Positions 43,747 through 53,082 of a DNA stretch of 57,858 nt are shown here, piece by piece. The stretch lies in contig JBDHDN010000002.1 of the NCBI GenBank assembly GCA_039591485.1, positions 1 to 57,858 on the forward strand, written 5' to 3'. Position 1 is the stretch's first letter. Every line of letters begins with the position of its first letter. A program made the translations under genes and the position numbers. This stretch comes from Gemmatimonadota bacterium (GTDB lineage Bacteria; Gemmatimonadota; Gemmatimonadetes; Gemmatimonadales; GWC2-71-9). The notes beneath the pieces are model-generated. The model did not search any database, was not told the DNA's origin, and saw nothing but the letters and a program-made list of their open reading frames with translations.

Positions 43747-46221
43747 TTACACGACCAGATTGACCAGGCGATCCTCGACGTAGATCGTCTTCCGGAGCGG
43801 TCTGTCTTCGACGAACCGCTTCACGCTCTCGAGCTGAAGTGCGCGCCTGATGGCATCTTCATGTGCGATCCCGACGGGCACGGACACACGACCGCGGACC
43901 TTGCCATTCACCTGCACCACGAGCTCCACGTGGTCCTCCTCGGCGAGCCCCGCTTCGAAGACCGGCCAGGACGCGTCAAAGACGCTCGTGTCATGCCGTA
44001 GCCGCTCCCAGCACTCCTCCGAAAAGTGCGGCACCAAGGGAGCAAGCATGACGACGAGCGGCTCGAGCAGCTCGCTGCACACATCGGGTACCGACGCGTC
44101 ATCCGAGCCCTTGCCGCGCAGCACGTTCACGTACTCCATGAGCTTCGCGATCGCCGTGTTGTAGCGCAGCTCCTCGAGATCTTCCGCGACCCCACGGATG
44201 GTCTGATGCAGCTTCCGCATCGTGGGCGCGGTGATCTCGCCTCCCTCGAATGTCGCCGCGTTCACCAGCCCCCAGACCTTGTCGAGGAACCGTCGGATGC
44301 CCGAGATGCCCTCGTCCCGGAAGTCACCACCCTCCTGGTACGGGCCGAGGAACATGAGATACATGCGGAACGTGTCCGCGCCCCACCGAGCGATGTACTC
44401 GTCGGGAATGACGACGTTGCCCCGCGACTTCGACATCTTGGCGCCGTCTTTGACGATCATCCCGTGCGCCCGGAAGCGCGTGAACGGCTCCTCGAACGCC
44501 AGGTGGCCGAGATCGTGCAGCGCCATCGTGATGAAACGGGAGTACATCAAGTGCAGGACGGCGTGCTCGTTCCCGCCGATGTAGGAATCCACCGGCAGCC
44601 ACTTGTCGGTCAGCGTCGGATCGAACGGGCGATCGTCGAAGTCGCTGGACGGGTAGCGCAGGAAGTACCACGCCGAATCGAGGAAGGTATCCGAGACGTC
44701 CGTCTCTCGACGGGCATCGCCCCCGCACGTCGGGCACGGCACTTGGTACCAGTCCTCGTTGCGGGCGAGCGGTGAGACGCCACTCTCGTCGGGCCGGAAA
44801 TCCTCGAGCGGCGGCAACTCGACGGGCAGATCCACTTCCGGCACGGGCACGGTACCGCAGTGCGCACAGTAGATGATCGGAATCGGTGGTCCCCAGTAGC
44901 GCTGCCTCGAGATGCACCAGTCATGGAGACGGTGCTGCACCCGCTTCTTCCCGGCGCCTTGCGACTCGAGCCACTCGGTGATGGCCGGGACGGCGTCCGT
45001 CGGCGTCATACCGTCGAACCGTTCCGAGTTGACGAGCGTGCCCTCCCACCCCGTGTAGAGCGGCGGCACATCCGGCCGCGGCGCGGGTGCGTCGACGGGC
45101 GTCCCGGCAGGGGGCTCGACCACCTGCCGGATCTGCAGTCCGAACGTGAGCGCGAAGGCGTAGTCGCGCTCGTCGTGCGCAGGCACCGCCATGATGGCCC
45201 CGGTGCCGTACTCCATCAGCACGTAATCGGCGATCCAGACGGGCACCTGTTCGCCCGTGGCCGGGTTCCGGCAGGTGGCGCCGGTGAACACCCCGGTCTT
45301 CTCCTTCTCGCCGACACGCCTGGTCACGACATCCATCGCCGCAGCGCGGCGCCGGTATGCGTCGACCTCCTCCCGTCGTTCGTCCGTCGTGAGGACCTGT
45401 ACGAGTGGGTGCTCCGGAGCGAGCACCATGTACGTCGCACCGAACACGGTGTCGGGGCGCGTCGTGAAGACCTCGATCGGCGTGCCGTACTCGGTGCGGA
45501 ACACCAGCTCCGCGCCCTCCGAGCGACCGATCCAGTTCGTCTGCATCAGCCGGGTCGACTCCGACCAATCGATCCGCTGCAGGTTCTCCAGCAGCCGTTC
45601 GGTGAACGCCGTGATCCGGAAGAACCACTGCTCGAGGAACCGCTGCGTCACCGGTGTGTCCGGATGGCGCTCGCACCGCCCGTCGATCACCTGTTCATTC
45701 GCGAGGACCGTCTTGCACTCGGGGCACCAGTTCACGGGCGCCTTCTTCTTCACTGCGAGGCCGGCCTCGAACAGCTTGAGGAAGATCCACTGGGTCCACT
45801 TGTAGTAGCGCGGATCCGTGGTCTGCACTTCGTGGTCCCAGTCGAGCATCAGGCCGACACGCGTCAACTGCTCGCGGAACCGCGCGATGTTGCGCGGGAT
45901 CAGTTCGGCCGGATGCGTGTTGACCTTGAGGGCGTAGTTCTCAGAGTGGATGCCGAACGCGTCGAACCCGATCGGCTCGAACACGTCCCATCCCTGGAGA
46001 CGGCGGAAACGTCCGTGGACGTCGGCGCCGACGAACGCGAAGACGTTCCCCACATGCAGCCCTTCGGCCGACGGATAGGGGAACATCATCAGGTTGTAGT
46101 ACGGCCTCACCGCGCCGGAGAGGTCGGTGGCATTGGTCTGCCGCTCACGCCAGCGACGCTGCCACCTTGCCTCGACCGCCGCGGGATCGTACCGCTCGGG
46201 AGATGATTGCGTCTGCGTCAT
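43747..46221 (-). CDS. leuS: leucine--tRNA ligase
   Basis: 824 aa. FPYPSAEGLHVGN (HIGH-like), KMSKSRGN (KMSKS), CP1 editing domain. Confidence 0.97.
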   Translation of the reverse strand: MTQTQSSPERYDPAAVEARWQRRWRERQTNATDLSGAVRPYYNLMMFPYPSAEGLHVGNVFAFVGADVHGRFRRLQGWDVFEPIGFDAFGIHSENYALKVNTHPAELIPRNIARFREQLTRVGLMLDWDHEVQTTDPRYYKWTQWIFLKLFEAGLAVKKKAPVNWCPECKTVLANEQVIDGRCERHPDTPVTQRFLEQWFFRITAFTERLLENLQRIDWSESTRLMQTNWIGRSEGAELVFRTEYGTPIEVFTTRPDTVFGATYMVLAPEHPLVQVLTTDERREEVDAYRRRAAAMDVVTRRVGEKEKTGVFTGATCRNPATGEQVPVWIADYVLMEYGTGAIMAVPAHDERDYAFALTFGLQIRQVVEPPAGTPVDAPAPRPDVPPLYTGWEGTLVNSERFDGMTPTDAVPAITEWLESQGAGKKRVQHRLHDWCISRQRYWGPPIPIIYCAHCGTVPVPEVDLPVELPPLEDFRPDESGVSPLARNEDWYQVPCPTCGGDARRETDVSDTFLDSAWYFLRYPSSDFDDRPFDPTLTDKWLPVDSYIGGNEHAVLHLMYSRFITMALHDLGHLAFEEPFTRFRAHGMIVKDGAKMSKSRGNVVIPDEYIARWGADTFRMYLMFLGPYQEGGDFRDEGISGIRRFLDKVWGLVNAATFEGGEITAPTMRKLHQTIRGVAEDLEELRYNTAIAKLMEYVNVLRGKGSDDASVPDVCSELLEPLVVMLAPLVPHFSEECWERLRHDTSVFDASWPVFEAGLAEEDHVELVVQVNGKVRGRVSVPVGIAHEDAIRRALQLESVKRFVEDRPLRKTIYVEDRLVNLVV

Positions 46222-46257
46222 ATCCGTGGGAATGTAACCGTGACCGGCGGCCGGGCG

Positions 46258-47850
46258 TCAGCCGCCGAGCCGCGCCACCCGAACGTCCACAACCTCCGGG
46301 ATGGTCTGGAGTGCCTGGATCACTGCGGCCTGCGGGATCTGGTCCACGACGATGGCCGCCAACGCATCGCCCCCCGGCTCGTCAGCGCGGGACTGGTGGT
46401 ACGAGGCGATGTTGATCGACGCCGCGCCGAGCTCGTGGCCGACCTTCCCGATAACCCCGGGAACGTCGCGATTGCGCAGGACGATCACGCACCCCTCTGC
46501 GGGTACGTCGACGCCGTACTCATCGATGCGGATCAGCCGCCCCACTCCATCGCCGACGACCGCACCCATCACGGTTACCCGAGCAGACTCGGACGCTGCG
46601 GTCACCCCGACGGTGGTCTCGAAGCCCCTGAGCGGACGCCCCACCTGCCTGGTGCAGCGGATCCCCCGCTGCCGGGCAAGCTCGCTGGCATTCACCAGCG
46701 TTACCCGGTCGAGTCCCATCGCCGTCAGCGCGCCCTCGAGCGCGGCCAGCATCACCGGCCGTGGCGCCGCTTCATCACCACCGCCGAACGTCACCTCGAT
46801 CGTCTCGACCCTACCGGCAACGAGGCTGGCCGCGAGGCGGCCCAACCGTCGCGCCAACTCGAGCGCGCCCGACATTCTGGCCAGCACGTCGCTCGAAATG
46901 CCGGGGAGGTTCACGGCACCGCGAAGCGCACCGGTGAGGAGGGCGTCTCGCACGAAGCTACAGATCTCCACCGCCACTCGGTCCTGCGCCTCCGCGGTCG
47001 AGGCGGCCAAGTGCGGTGTGAGCAACACGCGCTCTGAGCGGCGGAGCGGCGACTCGGGCGGGAGTGGCTCGCGCTCGAACACGTCCAGCGCCGCTGCTGC
47101 GACGGCGCCCGACGCAATCGCCTCCAACAACGCGACGTCGTCGATCAGTCCTCCCCTGGCAGCGTTCACCAGCACGGCGCCCGGCTTCATGGCCGCAAAC
47201 CGCTCCCGGTTCATCAGGTGTCGCGTCTCGTCCGTGAGGGGCAGGTGGAGGGTCACGACGTCCGCGGACGCGAGGACCTCTTCGAGCGACAGCAGCTCGG
47301 CCCCTATTTCATCGGCTCGATCCCGCGGCAGGTACGGGTCGTACGCAACGACGGACATGCCGAACGCCCGCGCAACGCGGGCAACTCGGATCCCGATACG
47401 TCCGAGTCCGACGATACCCAGTCGTTTCCCGAAGAGCTCGCTGCCGGCGAACTGCTTGCGATCCCACCGTCCCTCCCGCATCGAGGCCGCAGCCGACGGG
47501 ATGCGTCGTAGCAGCGAGAGCAGGAGTGCAATCGTGTGCTCGGCCGTGCTCACGGTGTTCGCACCCGGAGCGGTGAGTACGGCAATCCCCCGGCGTGTGG
47601 CGGCATCGACATCGATATTGTCCACCCCGGTGCCGGCCCTGCCGATCACCATCAGATGCGGCGCCGCGTCGATGCGCTCCGCCGTCACCCGCGTGTCCGA
47701 GCGAACCAGCAGGGCGTGGGCGCGTTGCAGCTCAGTCGCTAATCGCTCGGGCGCACCCGCGACCGATACCACCTCCAAATCGGACTCCGACTGCAACAGG
47801 CGGAGCCCTGCCTCGGCAACGCGATCGGCCACGACGATGACATAGCTCAT
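46258..47850 (-). CDS. serA: D-3-phosphoglycerate dehydrogenase (long form with ASB and ACT domains)
   Basis: GIVGLGRIGIRVA NAD motif, ...LTPHLAAST..., C-terminal ACT (VLRNRDVPGVIGKVG). Start at 47850 (MSYVIVVADR). Confidence 0.95.
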   Translation of the reverse strand: MSYVIVVADRVAEAGLRLLQSESDLEVVSVAGAPERLATELQRAHALLVRSDTRVTAERIDAAPHLMVIGRAGTGVDNIDVDAATRRGIAVLTAPGANTVSTAEHTIALLLSLLRRIPSAAASMREGRWDRKQFAGSELFGKRLGIVGLGRIGIRVARVARAFGMSVVAYDPYLPRDRADEIGAELLSLEEVLASADVVTLHLPLTDETRHLMNRERFAAMKPGAVLVNAARGGLIDDVALLEAIASGAVAAAALDVFEREPLPPESPLRRSERVLLTPHLAASTAEAQDRVAVEICSFVRDALLTGALRGAVNLPGISSDVLARMSGALELARRLGRLAASLVAGRVETIEVTFGGGDEAAPRPVMLAALEGALTAMGLDRVTLVNASELARQRGIRCTRQVGRPLRGFETTVGVTAASESARVTVMGAVVGDGVGRLIRIDEYGVDVPAEGCVIVLRNRDVPGVIGKVGHELGAASINIASYHQSRADEPGGDALAAIVVDQIPQAAVIQALQTIPEVVDVRVARLGG

Positions 47851-48941
47851 GCCGCAGTGACCTCCCCCAGCGTTGTGAGCAGCTCGCGCAGCCGCTCCGG
47901 CGTGTGGTCGCCCATGTGGCCAATCCGGATGGTCTCCTCCTTCAGCGGGCCATAGCCGGAGCCGATGACCCAACCACGACGCTTCATCGCCTGCACGATG
48001 TTCCGGCCGCTCATGCCGTGCGGCACCCGCAGGCATGACACGGTCCAGGACCGGCGGCCCGGTTCCGGCAGGAAGGCGTACCCGAACTCGCCCCCCCGGC
48101 CACCGACCCAGGCCTCGACCTGCTGCTGCATCGTGTGGTGGCGCTGCCAACGCGCTTCGATTCCACCCTCCTCCTTGATGCGCTCCATCTGCGCCTCAAG
48201 GGCGTACAGCAAGGACACCGCCGGGGTGTTGGTCGGCTGATAGTTGGCGGCGGCGGCGTGGTAGGCGAGGAGGTCCAGGTAGGCCCCACGCTCCGGGACC
48301 TGGTGGGCACGCGCAATCATGCGCTCGGAGGCGACGGCCAAGGCCAGCCCAGGGGGTAACGCAAGCGCCTTCTGCGATCCCGTCAACACGAAGTCGAGCT
48401 GCCACGCGTCGGTCTCCACCGGACTGCCCGCACACGACGTCACGGCGTCGACGAGCAATACCACGTCATCGAAGTCCCGGACCACCGCCGCGAGTTCCTC
48501 CAGTGGTGCAAGCGCACCCGTCGAGGTCTCCGAGTGCACGAGGGTGACGGCGTCGACGTCCGACCGCTTCAGGGCGTCGCGCAGCATGTCCGGCTCGCAG
48601 GTGCGGCCCAGTTGCACGTCCAGGCGGACGACCTCCCGACCGGCGGCGGCGGCGATGCCCGCGAACCGCTCACCGAACGCGCCTCCGACCAGTGAGAGCG
48701 CCCGACGCTGCACGCCCGACCGCACCGCCATCTCCATGAAGCCCGTCGCCGAGCACGTGCCCACGTAGACCGCGCGCTCGGTGCGCCAGAGATCTCTCAG
48801 TGGTGCCTCGAGTCCCTGAAGGAGAGCAACCATGTCGCTGCTGCGATGGGGGATCATCGGGCGCACCATCGCTGACAGCACGTCGGAATGGACCTCGGTC
48901 GGTCCCGGAAGGAAGAAGCGTCCAAACTCGTGAGTGGTCAT
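47847..48941 (-). CDS. class V PLP aminotransferase (AGXT/serine-pyruvate family; likely phosphoserine aminotransferase role)
   Basis: PGPTEV..., PLP-Lys motif TGSQKALALPPG. ATGA overlap with the serA start. Confidence 0.8.
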   Translation of the reverse strand: MTTHEFGRFFLPGPTEVHSDVLSAMVRPMIPHRSSDMVALLQGLEAPLRDLWRTERAVYVGTCSATGFMEMAVRSGVQRRALSLVGGAFGERFAGIAAAAGREVVRLDVQLGRTCEPDMLRDALKRSDVDAVTLVHSETSTGALAPLEELAAVVRDFDDVVLLVDAVTSCAGSPVETDAWQLDFVLTGSQKALALPPGLALAVASERMIARAHQVPERGAYLDLLAYHAAAANYQPTNTPAVSLLYALEAQMERIKEEGGIEARWQRHHTMQQQVEAWVGGRGGEFGYAFLPEPGRRSWTVSCLRVPHGMSGRNIVQAMKRRGWVIGSGYGPLKEETIRIGHMGDHTPERLRELLTTLGEVTAA

Positions 48942-48988
48942 GGTCAACGTGTGTGAGACGGTGAGAATGGTGACACAGGACGGGGACG

Positions 48989-50020
48989 TCACACGGGGAA
49001 GCCGTTCCAGGCCTCGAGCGGTTCGGTGGAGCGAACCACGTGCATCCCCGCCTCGGCAAATCGCCGGAACGCGGCGGCGGCGGGCTCCGTGAAATCGACG
49101 ACGTCCGGCACGACGACCGGGGACGTGCAATCCTCGAGCAGATACACCCGATGTGCGAGGGCCGGATCGCGTTGGCGAATCTCGCCCAACAGATCGCTGA
49201 CGGTCCACGCGACGCAGTGGCTCTTGGCCTGCCCCGCGACGATCACGGCATCGAAGGCGAGGAGATGCTCGACGAGGGCGAGGTTCTTCTCCGCAACCGG
49301 ATACCCCCCCGGACCTTCCAGCACCTCCGGGCTCAGCACGGAGTAGTTCTCCGTGAGCGGATTACCTCCCTTCATCTCGAACCTGGTAGCCGTCCGCCGT
49401 GCGATGGCGTGCACGAATACGGCTTCCTCGACCGCGGACACGAGCGCATGTCCAATGCCCCCCAGCATCGCGTGGTACGGCCAGACCATCAGCGGGTAGC
49501 GGCTGGCGGTGAGCGCGCGCACGTAGTGGAGGGCATAGCGTCGCAGCCAGGACTCATCGCCATCCGCGACGGATTCCGCGACCGCCGGATTCACCCGCCA
49601 GCGGCCCTGTTCGATGTCATCCTCGCTGATGACCGTGGCGGCGCCTTCGGGATGCTGACCGCGCTCGTCGATCCAGAAGACCGGATGGAAGATCTGCGTC
49701 GTGGTGTGGGTATCGAGCGTGACGGCGATCTCCGTGACGGCATCCAGGTGGCGGTACAGGAACTCGCACAATCGACCATTGTCGTCAACCGCGCCACGCC
49801 CGGAGCGCCCCCCAACGAACAATTCATGGTCCGGTATGCAGAAGGTATTCTGGCAGTCGACCAGCAGCAGGCAGACGCGCCGCGTGTCCTCCGCCGCCGC
49901 ACCGATGCCGTGCGCATCCGCCCAGGCTCTCGCGGCGTTCGCGCGGGCGCCGTAGTCGACCCGCCAGACGGATCCGACGCGGTCGGGATCGAAATGCGGG
50001 GGAAGGGGCAGTGTTGGCAT
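48989..50020 (-). CDS. isochorismatase/cysteine hydrolase family protein (nicotinamidase-like, extended)
   Basis: LLLVDCQNTFC, ...AGQAKSHCVAWT (Cys nucleophile context). Adjacent to the NAPRTase gene. Confidence 0.7.
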   Translation of the reverse strand: MPTLPLPPHFDPDRVGSVWRVDYGARANAARAWADAHGIGAAAEDTRRVCLLLVDCQNTFCIPDHELFVGGRSGRGAVDDNGRLCEFLYRHLDAVTEIAVTLDTHTTTQIFHPVFWIDERGQHPEGAATVISEDDIEQGRWRVNPAVAESVADGDESWLRRYALHYVRALTASRYPLMVWPYHAMLGGIGHALVSAVEEAVFVHAIARRTATRFEMKGGNPLTENYSVLSPEVLEGPGGYPVAEKNLALVEHLLAFDAVIVAGQAKSHCVAWTVSDLLGEIRQRDPALAHRVYLLEDCTSPVVVPDVVDFTEPAAAAFRRFAEAGMHVVRSTEPLEAWNGFPV

Positions 50021-50071
50021 GCGCGTATCCCGGTGCTCCGGCGTAGCGTCACCGCAAGGTAACAGCCAACG

Positions 50072-51136
50072 CTAGTCCACCCGCTCCAGTCGGTCGTTGG
50101 GCCGATACCAGCGCCCCGTCTTCGCACACGGTTTGCCGTTCACCATCACCACGTCCGCGGTAAAATCGTACCGCCCGTGGTCACGGAACAGCGATGACCC
50201 GACCCCGTACGCATCCACCGGAACCTGCATCTCCTCGAATCGGCGGATCTTCTCCACGGTGAAGCCACCTGACACGACGATGCGGACGTGCCCGAAGCCT
50301 TCGGCGTCGAGGGCGTGGCGAACGTTGTGCACCAGTCGAGGGTTCACGCCGCGCGGATCGAAATCTCCCATCTCCGAGTAAACCGACGTGTCGACCATCG
50401 TTCCGGACGTGTCGAGGCGCACGCCGAAGAGCCGATCCCGCAGCGCACGTGCGACCTCGAGGCTGGTGCGCATACTGTCGTTCTCGAAATCGACGAGGCA
50501 GATCAGTCTGACGTCCTCCGGCATGTACTCGGCGAACTTGGCCGCCGCGCGGACGGTGTCACCGCCGTACGCGGCGATCATTGCGTGCGGCACGGTGCCG
50601 ATGCCCTCGCTGCCCCACCACGAGGCCTGGGCGTCCGTCGACACACCGATGGCACCCGCGATGTGCGCGGCATAGCCGTCCCCGGTCTGCACCAGCCAAT
50701 GGTCGTGCCGGGCGGGGAAGAACATGACCTCCTTCGGCTTCGCCGCCTCGACCACCAAGCGCGTGTTCGTGCCGACGCGCGTGCGGCGAGCCAGTACGCC
50801 GACGTACAGGGTCTCGAGATGGGCGAAGGCGTCGTACGGTCCTTCGATGGTCATCACCGTTTCCCACGGCTCGACTTCGTCACCGTCGTACAGCGCGTGA
50901 ACCGTGAGATCGTTCCACGCATGTGAGCAGAGCTTGAGGATGGCGATCGCCTCGTCAATGCCCCCCAAGTACGCGCGCGTCTTCGTGAACACCTGCATGA
51001 GCACGCGCGGCCGATGATTGTCCGAGAGCAACACCTCCCGGGCACGCACGAAGTACTTATCCGTGTAGTACCCCGACTGCATCTTGTCGACGGGGAGATG
51101 GAAGATCTCTGGATCGAGACGCTTACGGCGAGGCAT
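50072..51136 (-). CDS. nicotinate phosphoribosyltransferase (short archaeal/Thermus-like type)
   Basis: YYTDKYF..., GTVPHAMI, VRLDTSG, VSGGF motifs. Start at 51136 (MPRRKRL). Confidence 0.8.
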   Translation of the reverse strand: MPRRKRLDPEIFHLPVDKMQSGYYTDKYFVRAREVLLSDNHRPRVLMQVFTKTRAYLGGIDEAIAILKLCSHAWNDLTVHALYDGDEVEPWETVMTIEGPYDAFAHLETLYVGVLARRTRVGTNTRLVVEAAKPKEVMFFPARHDHWLVQTGDGYAAHIAGAIGVSTDAQASWWGSEGIGTVPHAMIAAYGGDTVRAAAKFAEYMPEDVRLICLVDFENDSMRTSLEVARALRDRLFGVRLDTSGTMVDTSVYSEMGDFDPRGVNPRLVHNVRHALDAEGFGHVRIVVSGGFTVEKIRRFEEMQVPVDAYGVGSSLFRDHGRYDFTADVVMVNGKPCAKTGRWYRPNDRLERVD

Positions 51137-51138
51137 GA

Positions 51139-51858
51139 TCAGGCGATGTCCTCCGTGACCACGTAGCGGAGCACGCGATGGCGGTACCACCGCACTCCGA
51201 GAGCATCGATCAGGCCACGCAGGGCCCGATCCCACATCCCGTACTTCGACCGGCCCGTCAGGCGCGGACGGTGCGTCACCGGCACCTCACGCACCAGACC
51301 GCCCGTCGCCTGGATCAGCGCCGGTAAAAAGCGATGCATGCCATCGAATCGCGGCAACCCGACGAGGATCCCCCGTCGGATCACCTTGAGGGGACATCCA
51401 GTATCCCGCATTCCGTCCCGCGTGATCCAGTTCCGCACCCGATTGGCGACCCGACTCTGTGCCCGCCTCCACATGCTGTCCGCACGCCGTACCCGATAGC
51501 CGACGACCCCAGCCAGCGTGTCGTCCTCCGCGAGCGCCCGGAGCATCATCGGAACGTCGGTCGGATCGCTTTGGCCGTCGGCGTCGAGGGTCACGACGAT
51601 GTCTCCGCGCGCCGCATCGAACCCGGCGGCCAGCGCTGCACTCTGACCCGAGCGCTCCTGGAGGTGCAGCGCCCGGAGCCTGCGGTGAACCCTCGCCAGC
51701 TGCTGCAGCTCGACCCACGAGCCGTCCGTCGATCCGTCATCCACCGCCACGATCTCGTGCTCGACGTCGGCGAGCGCCCGCAGGAGCTCCTCCACAACGG
51801 GCGCGAGATTCCGTTGCTCGTTGAAGACCGGCAGCACCACAGAGACCACGACCGGCAT
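51139..51858 (-). CDS. family 2 glycosyltransferase (polyprenyl-phosphate sugar transferase-like)
   Basis: VSVVLPVFNE, AVDDGSTDGS, VTLDADGQ (DxD). Start at 51858 inside ORF 51139..51960. Confidence 0.85.
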   Translation of the reverse strand: MPVVVSVVLPVFNEQRNLAPVVEELLRALADVEHEIVAVDDGSTDGSWVELQQLARVHRRLRALHLQERSGQSAALAAGFDAARGDIVVTLDADGQSDPTDVPMMLRALAEDDTLAGVVGYRVRRADSMWRRAQSRVANRVRNWITRDGMRDTGCPLKVIRRGILVGLPRFDGMHRFLPALIQATGGLVREVPVTHRPRLTGRSKYGMWDRALRGLIDALGVRWYRHRVLRYVVTEDIA

Positions 51859-51953
51859 CCACCTCGAAACGACGACGGGAGAGGCCCCGGCCCCCCGACA
51901 GTCGGGGCCAGACCTAGGCCGGGAACGTATGCGCGGAGGGAGACCGGAGCAAG

Positions 51954-51982
51954 TTGACATGCGCTCGCAGCGCGGGGTTATT
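51954..51982 (+). promoter_or_regulatory. candidate promoter of the asparaginase/Omp85 pair
   Basis: TTGACA (51954-51959), 17-nt spacer, GTTATT (51977-51982). About 45 nt upstream of ATG 52027. Confidence 0.35.
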
Positions 51983-52026
51983 TCGCGTGCCTGCGCTTGC
52001 GCTCGATACCTTCTTCCGGAGGAGCC

Positions 52027-53082
52027 ATGACCGCGTCCGACTCACTCTCCCGACGCCATTTTCTCGGGGCTGCATCGGGGCTCGCCGCGGGCGTCGCGCT
52101 GGGACCGGGCCTCACACCCGTACCCGGAGCACCCTTCGTGCATCTCCGCCCTCAGGGCCGCAATGCCGTCGTCGCGTCCGCCAACGGCCTCCGCGGCGTG
52201 CAGCGCGCCGGCGAGCTGATGCTGGACGGTGGCGATACTCTCGACGCCGCGATCGAGGGGGTCAAGATTCAGGAATTGGATCCGGACGACACGTCCGTGG
52301 GCTACGGCGGCCTCCCGAACGAGGAGGGCGTCGTCCAACTTGACGCATCCTGCATGCACGGCCCCACGAACCGGGCCGGCGCCGTGGGCTCTCTCGAGGG
52401 TATCAAGACGCCGAGCGTCGTGGCCAAGTACGTGCTCATGTATACCGATCACGTCCTCCTGGTCGGTCCGGGCGCGAAGCGGTTCGCCCTCTCTTACGGG
52501 TTCAAGGAAGCGGACTTGCTGACCGAGCGCTCACGGGAGGCATGGCTCCGCTGGCGCGCGCGCCGAGGTCCGGACGACAACTGGACCGAGGTCCCGGACG
52601 ACGAAATGCTCTCCCGCGAGGAGCACGGGACGATCAACATGAATGCCGTGAACGCTCGTGGCGACGTGTCGTCTGTCACCACCACGAGCGGGCTGGCCTG
52701 GAAGATCCCGGGGCGGGTCGGCGACTCGCCGATCATCGGGGCAGGTCAGTATACCGACAATGCCGTCGGTGCCGCCGGATCCACCGGGCGCGGCGAAGCC
52801 TGCATCAAGGCCTGCGGAGCATTCCTCACTGTCGAGTTCATGCGGCGGGGCCTGACGCCGACGGACGCCTGTCTCGAGACGCTGCAACGCGTCGTGGCCA
52901 CCACGGAGCCTCGCCTCCTCGATGCGCAGGGCCGGCCGACGTTCGGGCTCAACTTCTACGCCGTCAACAAGCGGGGCGACTTCGGTGGAGCGGCGATGGT
53001 CGCGGGGTCGCGCTATGCGGCGTGGGATGGATCGCAGGCCCAACACTACGACGCCGCGTACCTGTACGAGCGCGACCGGTGA
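52027..53082 (+). CDS. N4-(beta-N-acetylglucosaminyl)-L-asparaginase / isoaspartyl peptidase family Ntn-hydrolase, TAT-exported
   Basis: TAT motif SRRHFLGAA. Autoprocessing site HGTINM, GRVGDSPIIGAG, GSTGRGE. Confidence 0.85.
   Translation: MTASDSLSRRHFLGAASGLAAGVALGPGLTPVPGAPFVHLRPQGRNAVVASANGLRGVQRAGELMLDGGDTLDAAIEGVKIQELDPDDTSVGYGGLPNEEGVVQLDASCMHGPTNRAGAVGSLEGIKTPSVVAKYVLMYTDHVLLVGPGAKRFALSYGFKEADLLTERSREAWLRWRARRGPDDNWTEVPDDEMLSREEHGTINMNAVNARGDVSSVTTTSGLAWKIPGRVGDSPIIGAGQYTDNAVGAAGSTGRGEACIKACGAFLTVEFMRRGLTPTDACLETLQRVVATTEPRLLDAQGRPTFGLNFYAVNKRGDFGGAAMVAGSRYAAWDGSQAQHYDAAYLYERDR

Noticed and set aside
44860-47845. Long plus-strand ORFs (44860..46206 at 448 aa; 46301..47845 at 514 aa)
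   Set aside because: They are antisense shadows of leuS and serA, whose identities are unambiguous. No motifs and biased composition.
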